64,000 bases of DNA from an uncultured Thermoleophilia bacterium. GTDB lineage: Bacteria; Actinomycetota; Thermoleophilia; UBA2241. The notes under the pieces are model-generated. The model was not told where the DNA came from. It ran no database searches and saw nothing but the letters and a program-made list of their open reading frames with translations. The stretch is from the NCBI GenBank assembly GCA_963702475.1, contig CAVPCT010000002.1, positions 256,001-320,000 on the forward strand, in the 5' to 3' direction. The position numbers and the translations under genes are program-made. Of this stretch, positions 1 to 8,315 are shown piece by piece (the first letter of the stretch is position 1; every line of letters starts with the position of its first letter).

Positions 1-56
1 GGGGTGGGTCTGCCAAGGCGTGAGGCGGCACCAGATCCGTACCGGAAGGAGACAGC

Positions 57-601
57 AGGGAACTCGGCGCGTTTTCCATCAGCTTGGCGGTCAAGGACCT
101 CGCTGCATCGAGGAGCTTCTACGAGAACTCGGGTTCAGGGTCTTCGCCGGCGACGTTGGGCAGAACTGGCTGCTCGTCAAGAACGGCGACCACGCGATCG
201 GCCTGTTTCAAAGCCTGTTCGAGAGGAACATCCTGACGTTCAACTCTGGCTGGGACGCCGACGCCCGGAGTCTCGCCGCGTTCACCGATGTCCGCGAGCT
301 CCAGCGTCGGCTCAAGGCGCGAGGGGTACCGTTCCAACAGGAGGCAGACGAGAGCACCACGGGGCCCGCGAGTCTCATGATCGTAGACCCCGATGGAACG
401 GGCGCGATAGACCTCGTCGCCGAGGTCGCGTTGTCCGACCCAACGGTGCCGTTCGTGATGGCGTGCGCCCGGCTGGACAACCTGGCCTCGCAGCGGGCCT
501 TCGCCAAGGCGGGCTTCCGCAAAGACAGGGAGTTCGACGACGTCCCGAACGGGCTGCACGTGCTCATGGTGCGTCGCCGTCAGGAAGGGCAGCTCGCATG
601 A
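57..601 (+). pseudogene. Chimeric remnant: VOC/glyoxalase gene (start codon lost, frameshifted) fused to a GNAT C-terminal fragment
   Basis: After RBS GGAAGGAG the frame from 57 reads (R)ELGAFSISLAVKDLAASRSFYE, shifts at ~126-128 to LGFRVFAGD...NILTFNSGW...VDPDG (VOC family), then switches to ...DNLASQRAFAKAGF (GNAT motif B). Confidence 0.7.
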
Positions 602-1380
602 GCCAACCCGGACCTCGCTTCTGGGAGATCTTCTTCGACGTGTACGAGGACCTGCCCCGTCAGGGGCCCGGCAACCGCACGTGCGCCGTCAGAGCCCTCG
701 GTCTTTGCCGCGAGCTTCCGGAAGCCCCCGCGGTCCTCGACCTGGGGTGCGGTGTCGGGGGGCAGACCCTCCAGCTCGCCGAGCTCACGTCAGGGTCCAT
801 CGTGGCTCTCGACAGCCATGCGCCGAGCATCGAACGGCTGAAGGCGGCTGTAGCGGCGCGCGGGCTCTCGCATCGCGTCAGTGCCATCGTTGGGAACATG
901 GCCCACCCGGGGCAGCCGCTCGGGGCCTTCGACCTCGTGTGGTCGGAAGGCGCACTCTACAACCTCGGACTTCGGGACGCCCTTCGCGTCTGCCATGGCT
1001 TGCTGCGACCCGGCGGCTACCTCGCGTTCACCGATGCGGTCTGGTGCAAGGAGAACCCGCCTCCCGAGGTCGCGGCCGGGTTCGATCTGGACTACCCGAC
1101 CATGGGATGGCTGGACGATGACGTGGCAGCGATACGGGACTGTGGGTTCGAGCTCGTCGGACACTTCACCCTGCCCGACGAAGCATGGTGGGACGATTTC
1201 TACGCGCCCATGGAAACGCGCATCGCCGAGTTGCGTGGCACATACGCCGGCGATGCCGAAGCCGCGGCCATACTCGACCAGCTCGCCGAGGAGCCCGAGA
1301 TGCACCGGCGACATTCCGACTTCTATGCCTATGAGTTCTTCGTAGCCCGCCGCACTCTCGGGCAGGCGCATCCAGGATGA
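598..1380 (+). CDS. Class I SAM-dependent methyltransferase
   Basis: LPRQGPG, VLDLGCGVG, FDLVWSEGA motifs; ATGA overlap with the upstream stop. Confidence 0.9.
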   Translation: MSQPGPRFWEIFFDVYEDLPRQGPGNRTCAVRALGLCRELPEAPAVLDLGCGVGGQTLQLAELTSGSIVALDSHAPSIERLKAAVAARGLSHRVSAIVGNMAHPGQPLGAFDLVWSEGALYNLGLRDALRVCHGLLRPGGYLAFTDAVWCKENPPPEVAAGFDLDYPTMGWLDDDVAAIRDCGFELVGHFTLPDEAWWDDFYAPMETRIAELRGTYAGDAEAAAILDQLAEEPEMHRRHSDFYAYEFFVARRTLGQAHPG

Positions 1381-1485
1381 CGGTGGAATCGGTGCGGGCG
1401 CGGGGCGACCCGGCGACCGGCGCCGGTCGCCCGTCGGTCGTATGATGGCCAGGAGGACCGGACCGTCGTGCCGTGAGGAGGGTCG

Positions 1486-1740
1486 CTGACGACGATCGTG
1501 CTCATCATCTCGGTGGTCGCGTGCGTCGCGGCTCTCGTCTACGGCTTGCACCGGCTCGCCATGTGGGCGGAGGCTCGCGGGTGGATCTACTACCGCAAGG
1601 GCCGCGGCAGCTCCGGCTCCGCCGCCGGGGCCGCGTTCCAGCTGCACTCGCTCGCTCAACCTTCCGTCCGGCACGTCGTCGAGGAGCGCCGGCGCAGCGA
1701 GCTCGAGCGGGTGGACGACCAGGTCTCGAGCGACCGGTAG
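1486..1740 (+). CDS. Small membrane protein (start CTG 1486 or GTG 1498)
   Basis: N-terminal hydrophobic helix, RGWIYYR motif; RBS GAGGAGG precedes CTG. Confidence 0.7.
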   Translation: MTTIVLIISVVACVAALVYGLHRLAMWAEARGWIYYRKGRGSSGSAAGAAFQLHSLAQPSVRHVVEERRRSELERVDDQVSSDR

Positions 1741-1750
1741 GCCGAGGAGG

Positions 1751-2314
1751 GTGCACAGCCTCTGTATCGTGGTGGGCGACGACCCCCGCCGGGCGCTGGC
1801 GCCGTTCTCCGACCACCTCAAGGTCGAACGCTACCGCGCCTACCTGGAGCCGTCTGCCGTAGCCGCCATGGCGGAGCACCGCGGGGTGGCTGCGGACGAC
1901 GTCGAGGCGCTGGCGCCAAGGTTGCGTGAGTGGATGGGGGCGGAGGGAGGCGTCCATGACGGTCGCCTCTTCGTCTGGACCACCGAGAACCCGCGGGGCA
2001 GGTACGACTGGTACCGGCTGGGCGGGAGGTTCAGCGGCTACCTGCGACTGACGTCGCCGGCGACGACGACGTGGCGCGACCGGCTTCGCGGCCGGACCGG
2101 CGCGTACTCGGCGGACAGGGCGCGCAAGGGCGATGTGGACGCGAGCGCCATACTCGCCGACCCTCCCGCGGCGCTGCTGCTGGACGGCGCGCGGCACGAG
2201 TGCCCTCCGACGGCGGAGGAGGGAGAGGCCCGCCGGTGGGCAGAGGAGTGCGCCGCGCTGCTGGACGCGGTGCCGGACGGTGCGCTCCTCACCGTCGTCG
2301 ACCTGCACTCGTGA
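1751..2314 (+). CDS. Hypothetical protein (NPxxxxDWYxxGGR family)
   Basis: RBS GAGGAGG; motif ENPRGRYDWYRLGGRFSG; ends VVDLHS. Confidence 0.7.
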   Translation: MHSLCIVVGDDPRRALAPFSDHLKVERYRAYLEPSAVAAMAEHRGVAADDVEALAPRLREWMGAEGGVHDGRLFVWTTENPRGRYDWYRLGGRFSGYLRLTSPATTTWRDRLRGRTGAYSADRARKGDVDASAILADPPAALLLDGARHECPPTAEEGEARRWAEECAALLDAVPDGALLTVVDLHS

Positions 2315-2444
2315 TGTACGGCGCCTGACCTGCGGCCGCGCCCGGCTGCGCGGTTCACGCCCGACGTCTCCGGCGCCGACTGGGACGCGCCGCAGACGGG
2401 CATACCCGCAGCGACCGCGCTCTTCGTGCAACGGGGGTCATGAC

Positions 2445-2810
2445 ATGCCCAGGACGACTGCACAGACCGTCGATGAGTACATCGCCGAGTTCCCGGAGGA
2501 GACGCGGCGCGCGCTCGAAGAGGTCCGCGCCGTGATCCGCGAGGCGGCGCCCGACGCGGTCGAGACGATGAGCTACGCGATCCCGACGTTCGATCTGAAG
2601 GGCCGGCACCTCGTGCACTTCGCCGGCTACGCCCGGCACGTCGGCTTCTACCCCGGCGCGGACGGCATCGCGGCCTTCGCCGGGGAGCTCACGCGCTTCA
2701 AGAGCGCGAAGGGGTCGGTGCAGTTCCCGCTCGACGAGCCCCTGCCGCTCGACCTGGTGCGCCGCGTCACGGCGTACCGCGTCGATCGGGTGCTGGCCGG
2801 TGGGCGCTGA
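2445..2810 (+). CDS. DUF1801/YdhG-like protein
   Basis: TVDEYIA...ETMSYAIPTF...HVGFYP...KGSVQFPLDEPLP. Confidence 0.9.
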   Translation: MPRTTAQTVDEYIAEFPEETRRALEEVRAVIREAAPDAVETMSYAIPTFDLKGRHLVHFAGYARHVGFYPGADGIAAFAGELTRFKSAKGSVQFPLDEPLPLDLVRRVTAYRVDRVLAGGR

Positions 2811-2834
2811 GGGCCGGTGCGGGCGGGCCGCGGG

Positions 2835-3473
2835 GTGAGCTCTCCGCCTGGCGACGAGCCGGGCGCGCACGGCCTCGACGAGGACTCGGAGCAGCCGAGC
2901 GGGCGCGCGGCCGCAGGCGAGGCGGAGGCGGCGAACGCGACTGGCGGCGACGTGCTGCTCCGCACCGAGCGCCTGCGGATGCGGCGCGTCGAGGAGGGAG
3001 ACCTCGCGCTGTTCGAGCGCGTCTTCTGCGACCCCGGCATGATGCACTACCTGGGGTCGCCCTGGACGCGCGAGCTGGCCGCGGAGACCCTGCGCGAGTG
3101 GAGGGACGAGTGGGGCCGCCGCACGTACTACTACGGCGTCCTGGAGCCCAGGAGCGGCGGCTCCGCGGTGGGCATCGCCGGCATCAGCGAGGACACCGAC
3201 CCTGGGGAACCCGGCGTGGAGCTCTCCTGGTTCATCCTGCCCCAGTACCAGGAGCGGGGATACGCCACGGAGATCGGCGAGGCGCTTGTGGAGGTCGTGT
3301 TCTGCCGGCTGCGGCGTCGGCGGATGTTCGCCGAGACGCACCCGGAGAACGCTGCGGCCGCAGCCGTGTTGCGCAAGATGGGGTGGCGGCGCGTCGGTGA
3401 GAGACGGCGCGCCATCGACTACCTCCCGGACATGGACACCCAGGTGCTCTGGGAGCGCCTGCGAGGGGTGTGA
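2835..3473 (+). CDS. GNAT (RimJ/RimL-type) acetyltransferase
   Basis: LRTERLRMR, QERGYATE, HPENAAAAAVLRKMG; start uncertain. Confidence 0.85.
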   Translation: MSSPPGDEPGAHGLDEDSEQPSGRAAAGEAEAANATGGDVLLRTERLRMRRVEEGDLALFERVFCDPGMMHYLGSPWTRELAAETLREWRDEWGRRTYYYGVLEPRSGGSAVGIAGISEDTDPGEPGVELSWFILPQYQERGYATEIGEALVEVVFCRLRRRRMFAETHPENAAAAAVLRKMGWRRVGERRRAIDYLPDMDTQVLWERLRGV

Positions 3474-3476
3474 GGA

Positions 3477-4319
3477 TTGGGTCCCGCGGCTCGCGTAGAT
3501 CCTGGCCCGGACGATGGCTACGTCCACGGCTACCACGCTCGTGAAGGCGAGCGCCTGCTCGATCAGGCTGTGGCGCTCGTCGACCTGCTTCACGGCGACA
3601 CCTCCTATCCTGCCGGCAGCGTTGTACTGGAGGCGGGCTGCGGCACGGGGGCCCAGACGGTCACGCTGCTTCGCACCAGCCCGGGGGCCAGGTTCGTCTC
3701 GGTCGACGTCTCGGAGGCGTCGCTCGGCGAGGCTCGCAGGAGGCTGGAGGAGGCCGGTCTCGGCGGAGTGGAGTTCCACCGCGCCGACATCTTCTCGTTG
3801 CCCTTCGAGCCGGAGTCGTTCGACCACGTGTTCGTCTGTTTCGTGCTCGAGCACCTCGCGCGACCGCTCGAGGCCCTTCGGGTGCTCGGCCGGCTGCTGC
3901 GACCCGCGGGGACGATCATCGTCATCGAGGGCGACCACGGGTCCGCGTACTTCCACCCCGACAGCGCCTCGGCGCGGACCGCCATTGCATCCCTGGTGGA
4001 GTTGCAGCGGAGGGCCGGCGGTGACGCCATGATCGGCCGGCGGCTGTACCCGCTGCTCACCGAGGCGGGGTTCGGCGACGTGCGCGTCTCACCGCGCGTC
4101 GTCTATGCCGACGCGAGCCGGCCGGACCTCCAGGACGGCTTCACACGCAGGACCTTCACGGCGATGATCGAGGGGGTGCGTGAAGCGGCTGTGGGCGCCG
4201 GGCTCGCCGGGCCGGACGTCTTCGACCGGGGCGTGGCCGACCTGTATCGCACCGCCGCGCCCGACGGCACCTTCAGCTACACGTTCTTCAAGGGCCGGGG
4301 CATCAGACGCGAAGTGTAA
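3477..4319 (+). CDS. SAM-dependent methyltransferase
   Basis: VLEAGCGTG, FDHVFVCFVLEHL, IEGDHGS; start uncertain. Confidence 0.9.
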   Translation: MGPAARVDPGPDDGYVHGYHAREGERLLDQAVALVDLLHGDTSYPAGSVVLEAGCGTGAQTVTLLRTSPGARFVSVDVSEASLGEARRRLEEAGLGGVEFHRADIFSLPFEPESFDHVFVCFVLEHLARPLEALRVLGRLLRPAGTIIVIEGDHGSAYFHPDSASARTAIASLVELQRRAGGDAMIGRRLYPLLTEAGFGDVRVSPRVVYADASRPDLQDGFTRRTFTAMIEGVREAAVGAGLAGPDVFDRGVADLYRTAAPDGTFSYTFFKGRGIRREV

Positions 4320-4434
4320 GGTCAATATCGTAGAGTAGTAATGCTCCTATCGTGGCCGGCGCCTACATGACGTAGACTCGCGGTCGTGACAGGGCCGCCT
4401 GCAGGGGCGGCCCGCGAGCCGGGAGCACTGCAGC

Positions 4435-5757
4435 GTGGCCAGCACGCCGACCGAGGTGAGGATCTCCATCAGCATCTACCGCGGATGGATCGTCACCGTG
4501 GCCGCCGCGCTCAGCGGTCTCGTGCTGGGCATCCTGTACATCTGGAGCGTGGTGCGTGCCGGCATCCCACCCTCGTGGGGCTGGAGCAAGGCCGACATGG
4601 CGCTGCCGTACTCGACCATGTGCGCCTTCTTCGCCGTCACCATGATCCCGGCGGGTCGCCTGCAGGACAGGTTCGGCCCCCGTCTCGCCATCCTCCTGGG
4701 CGGCTTTCTCGCGGGCTTGGGCTGCGTGATCGCCGGACTGGGCGGTTCGTCCCTGGCCGCCTACGTGATCGGCTTCGGTGTCGTGACCGGCTCCGGCGTC
4801 GGGTTCGGCTACGCCGCCACGACGCCGGCCTCCATCAAGTGGTTCGCGCCGCAGAAGACCGGCCTCATCGCCGGCATCGTGGTGGCCGGCTTCGGGCTCG
4901 CGCCGGTCGTGCTGGCGCCGCTCTCGGCGTGGTTCCTCGACCTGTTCGCCGTCGCCGGCGCCGGCGGGGTCGTGGAGCAGGGCGTCTCCGGCACCATGAT
5001 CGCCCTCGGCGTCGTCACCTGGGCGGTGGTCGGCGGGTTGTCCTTCTTCATCCGGAACCCGCCGGAAGGGCTTTCCGTGCAGCCGCGGCAGGCCGCAGGC
5101 GCGGCCGCGGCCCGGATCCACCGCCCCGAGTTCGTGTGGCGCGACATGCTGCGCACCGCGCAGTTCTGGCTGCTGTTCGCCATGTACTTCTTCGGGGCGG
5201 CCGCCGGCCTCACGTTCATCAGCGTGGCGTCGGACCTCGGCAAGCACGCGCTGGGTCCGCTCGCCTTCCTCGCCGTCGTGGTGCTGGCCGTGGGCAACGC
5301 CGGCGGCCGCGTGGTGGCCGGCACGCTGTCGGACCGCATCGGCCGCCAATGGACCCTGTTCTCGGAGTTCGTCTGCCAGGCGGCGGTGGTCGGCGTGCTC
5401 TACCTGATCAGCGGCCACGACGCGCCCTGGCCCGTCATCCTGGTCGTCGTCTTGCTGCTCGGCTTCAACTACGGCACCAACCTCGCGGTCTTCCCGGCCG
5501 CGTGCAAGGACTACTACGGCATCCGCAGCTTCGGCCTCAACTACGGCTGTCTGTTCGCGGCCTTCGGCTCGGCCGGTCTCGTCATGCCCTGGCTCAACGG
5601 GCTCATCGAGGACAGGACGGGGTCCGGCGACCTCTCGTACGTCATCATCATCGTCATGCTGGCGTCGGCTGCGGCCCTGGCCGTGGTGAGCAGGCTCCTG
5701 GACCGGCCGGGCGCACGCAGAGCACCTTCCCTCGTTGCGGAAGAAAGGACCGGCTGA
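4435..5757 (+). CDS. OFA-family MFS transporter (oxalate/formate antiporter-like)
   Basis: About 12 TM segments, GRLQDRFGPR, KWFAPQKTGL, LSDRIGR, NYG motifs. Confidence 0.9.
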   Translation: MASTPTEVRISISIYRGWIVTVAAALSGLVLGILYIWSVVRAGIPPSWGWSKADMALPYSTMCAFFAVTMIPAGRLQDRFGPRLAILLGGFLAGLGCVIAGLGGSSLAAYVIGFGVVTGSGVGFGYAATTPASIKWFAPQKTGLIAGIVVAGFGLAPVVLAPLSAWFLDLFAVAGAGGVVEQGVSGTMIALGVVTWAVVGGLSFFIRNPPEGLSVQPRQAAGAAAARIHRPEFVWRDMLRTAQFWLLFAMYFFGAAAGLTFISVASDLGKHALGPLAFLAVVVLAVGNAGGRVVAGTLSDRIGRQWTLFSEFVCQAAVVGVLYLISGHDAPWPVILVVVLLLGFNYGTNLAVFPAACKDYYGIRSFGLNYGCLFAAFGSAGLVMPWLNGLIEDRTGSGDLSYVIIIVMLASAAALAVVSRLLDRPGARRAPSLVAEERTG

Positions 5758-6569
5758 TGGCCGTCGTCACCATCTCGCGCGGCTCGTTCACCGGCGGCAT
5801 CGCCGTCGCGGAGGCGCTGGCGGCCGAGCTCGGCCACCCCTGCGTGAGCCGCGAAGTCGTGCGGGACGCCGCGCTGGAGTACGGGCTGCCCGAGGACAGG
5901 CTGCAGGCCACCCTCGAGGAGCCTCCGCGATTCTGGGAGAAGACGCCCGGCAAGATCCCCGCACACCTCAACCTCATCCGCACAGCGCTGCTGCGGCGCG
6001 CGCGTGGCGGCGACCTTGTCTACCACGGCTACGCAGGTCACCTGCTGCTTGAGGGCGTGCCCAACGTGCTTCGGGTGCGCGTCATCTCCGACGACGCCTC
6101 CCGCGTGCGGGCGGCGATGCGCGACAAGGGCCTCACGGAGAAACAGGCGGCGGAGTTCGTGCGCAAGCTCGACGTCCACCTGGCCAAGTGGACGCGGTTC
6201 CTGTACGGCGTCTCCTGGCAGGACCCGGCCCTGTACGACGTGGTCCTCAACACGGAAGACCTGAGTGTTGAGGGTGCGGTGGCCACGCTGGCGGGTATGA
6301 CGAGGCTGGATGACTTCCGGCCCACGCCGGAGTCGCGCCGGGCGTTCGACGACCTGCTCCTCGCCAGTGAGGTGTGGTCCGCTCTCACGGTGGACCAGCG
6401 GACCCGGTCGGCGAACGTTCGCGTCTCCGCCGCGGCCGGTTCCGTGCTCGTGACCGGCTCGGCGGGCAGCGCCAGGGTGCTGACGGCGATCGAAGAGGTG
6501 GCCGCCGCCGTGCCCGGCGTGCGCGAGGTGGAGAACGAGGTAGGGGTGGGCGGCAGCTGGCAGTGGTGA
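5757..6569 (+). CDS. Cytidylate kinase-like family protein with C-terminal BON domain
   Basis: VVTISRGSFTGG...LYDVVLN; C-terminal VPGVREVENEV BON motif; TGATG coupling. Confidence 0.85.
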   Translation: MAVVTISRGSFTGGIAVAEALAAELGHPCVSREVVRDAALEYGLPEDRLQATLEEPPRFWEKTPGKIPAHLNLIRTALLRRARGGDLVYHGYAGHLLLEGVPNVLRVRVISDDASRVRAAMRDKGLTEKQAAEFVRKLDVHLAKWTRFLYGVSWQDPALYDVVLNTEDLSVEGAVATLAGMTRLDDFRPTPESRRAFDDLLLASEVWSALTVDQRTRSANVRVSAAAGSVLVTGSAGSARVLTAIEEVAAAVPGVREVENEVGVGGSWQW

Positions 6570-6634
6570 GCGCGCACCCCAGCGGATGAGGCCGGGCGCC
6601 GCAGGCGGCCCGGCCCCGAAAGGGGTGAGCGGCC

Positions 6635-6994
6635 GTGAACGTAAGCGCAGTGGTCGGCCATGAGGACGGCGTCACGCCGGTGCCCATGGCGGGAGAGGGC
6701 ATCGTCGGCGTCGCGAAGCGCGTGCTGGTCTCGCCCGCCGAGGGCTGGGACGGGTGGGTGCTGCGGCTGTTCGACGTGGAGCCAGACGGGCACACGCCGC
6801 GCCACTCGCACCCCTGGCCGCACATCAACTTCGTCCCCTCGGGGCGAGGGACCTTGTACGTGGGCGGTCAGGAGCAGCCGCTCACGCCGGGCAGCTACGC
6901 GTTCGTGCCCGGCGGCGTGGAGCACCAGTTCCGCGCCGCCCCGGATGAGTCGCTCACGTTCATTTGCATCGTGCCCTCCGAGGGTGACTATTGA
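6635..6994 (+). CDS. Cupin domain protein
   Basis: TPRHSHPWPH...HQF cupin motifs. Confidence 0.85.
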   Translation: MNVSAVVGHEDGVTPVPMAGEGIVGVAKRVLVSPAEGWDGWVLRLFDVEPDGHTPRHSHPWPHINFVPSGRGTLYVGGQEQPLTPGSYAFVPGGVEHQFRAAPDESLTFICIVPSEGDY

Positions 6995-7160
6995 CCCGGC
7001 GCGCGTGCGGTGCGACCCCGCCGGCCGCGCCCGGCGAACGGGTACGCTCCGGGGTCTGTCGAAATGCGGCCCGGTGGGAGAGACTACGAAGCGCCGCGTG
7101 GACGGCGCAGTCAAAACGACGGCCCGCGTCGGGGCGAAGCCGGCGCAAGGAGTGATGAGG

Positions 7161-8315
7161 ATGCCCGCTGCCTCCCGTGTGGCGCAGCTTCACGAGTTCG
7201 GACAGAGCCCCTGGCTGGACCACATCGGCCGCGACCTGGTCGAGCGTGGCGGCCTCAAGCGGTTCGTGGACCGCGACGGCCTCGGCGGAGTCACCACCGA
7301 CGCGGCCGTGTTCGAGCGAGCCCTGGTCGCCGCAGGGATCGCGTACGACCAGCAGATCCGGGAGCTGGCGGAGCAGGGGCTGAGCGCGGCGGAGATCCTC
7401 GACCGCGTCCAGGTCGACGACGTGCGCGACGCCTGCGACGTGCTGGCGCCGGTGTACATGGGCAGCGGCGGCGAGGACGGCTTCGTCTCCATCGAGGTCG
7501 GGCCGGCGTTCGCGCACGATCGTCAGGCGTGCATCGCCGAGGCGCAGCGCCTGTTCACGGCCGTGGACCGGCCCAACGTCATGATCGGCATCCCCGGCAC
7601 GGAGGACGGCGTGCCCGCCATCCTCTCGAGCATGAAGGACGGCCTGAACATCGACGCCACGCTCCTCTTCACCGTGAGTCAGTACGAGGCCGTTGCCGAC
7701 GCGTACCTCGACGCCCTCGAGTACAGGCTGCGGCGGGACCTCACGATCCGCGCGATCTCCTCCGTGGCAAGCGTCTTCGTGTCGCGCGTCGACACCTGCG
7801 TCGACGCGCTCCTCGATCAGCGCATCCAGAGCGCCGCCGACGAGGCGGAGCGGCGCCGCCTCGAGGCGCTCAAGGGCAGGGCCGGCGTCGCCAACGCCAA
7901 AGTGGTGTACGAACGCTTTCGCAGCTACCTGGGCGGCCGCGGCTGGCAGCTCATCGCCGCGTCGGGCGCCAAGGTGCAGAGGCTTCTGTGGGCCGGCACG
8001 GGCGTCAAGGACCTGGGCCGCAAAGACGTCGGCTATGTGGACGAGCTCATCGGTGGACACACCGTCGCCAGCATGCCGGCCGAGACGCTCAGGGCGTTTG
8101 CCGACCACGGCACGCCGGCGCGCAGCGCCGACCGGCACATCGAGGACGCCCACCGCACGCTGCGGGAGCTGGCGCGGGTCGGCGTCGACATGGAGCGCGT
8201 CGGCGAACAGCTGCAGGCAGCCGGTATCGAGGCGCTCGCCGACGCGTGGGGCAGGGCCGTGGACGTGGTCGAGGCCAGACGGCGTCAGGCTCTCGGCGAG
8301 GAGGTGACGTCGTGA
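7161..8315 (+). CDS. tal: Transaldolase-fold protein with substituted active site (probable pseudoenzyme)
   Basis: GQSPWLD, GFVSIEV, SVASVFVSRVD, QRLLWA; but NVMIGIP in place of NVMIKIP. Confidence 0.85.
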   Translation: MPAASRVAQLHEFGQSPWLDHIGRDLVERGGLKRFVDRDGLGGVTTDAAVFERALVAAGIAYDQQIRELAEQGLSAAEILDRVQVDDVRDACDVLAPVYMGSGGEDGFVSIEVGPAFAHDRQACIAEAQRLFTAVDRPNVMIGIPGTEDGVPAILSSMKDGLNIDATLLFTVSQYEAVADAYLDALEYRLRRDLTIRAISSVASVFVSRVDTCVDALLDQRIQSAADEAERRRLEALKGRAGVANAKVVYERFRSYLGGRGWQLIAASGAKVQRLLWAGTGVKDLGRKDVGYVDELIGGHTVASMPAETLRAFADHGTPARSADRHIEDAHRTLRELARVGVDMERVGEQLQAAGIEALADAWGRAVDVVEARRRQALGEEVTS

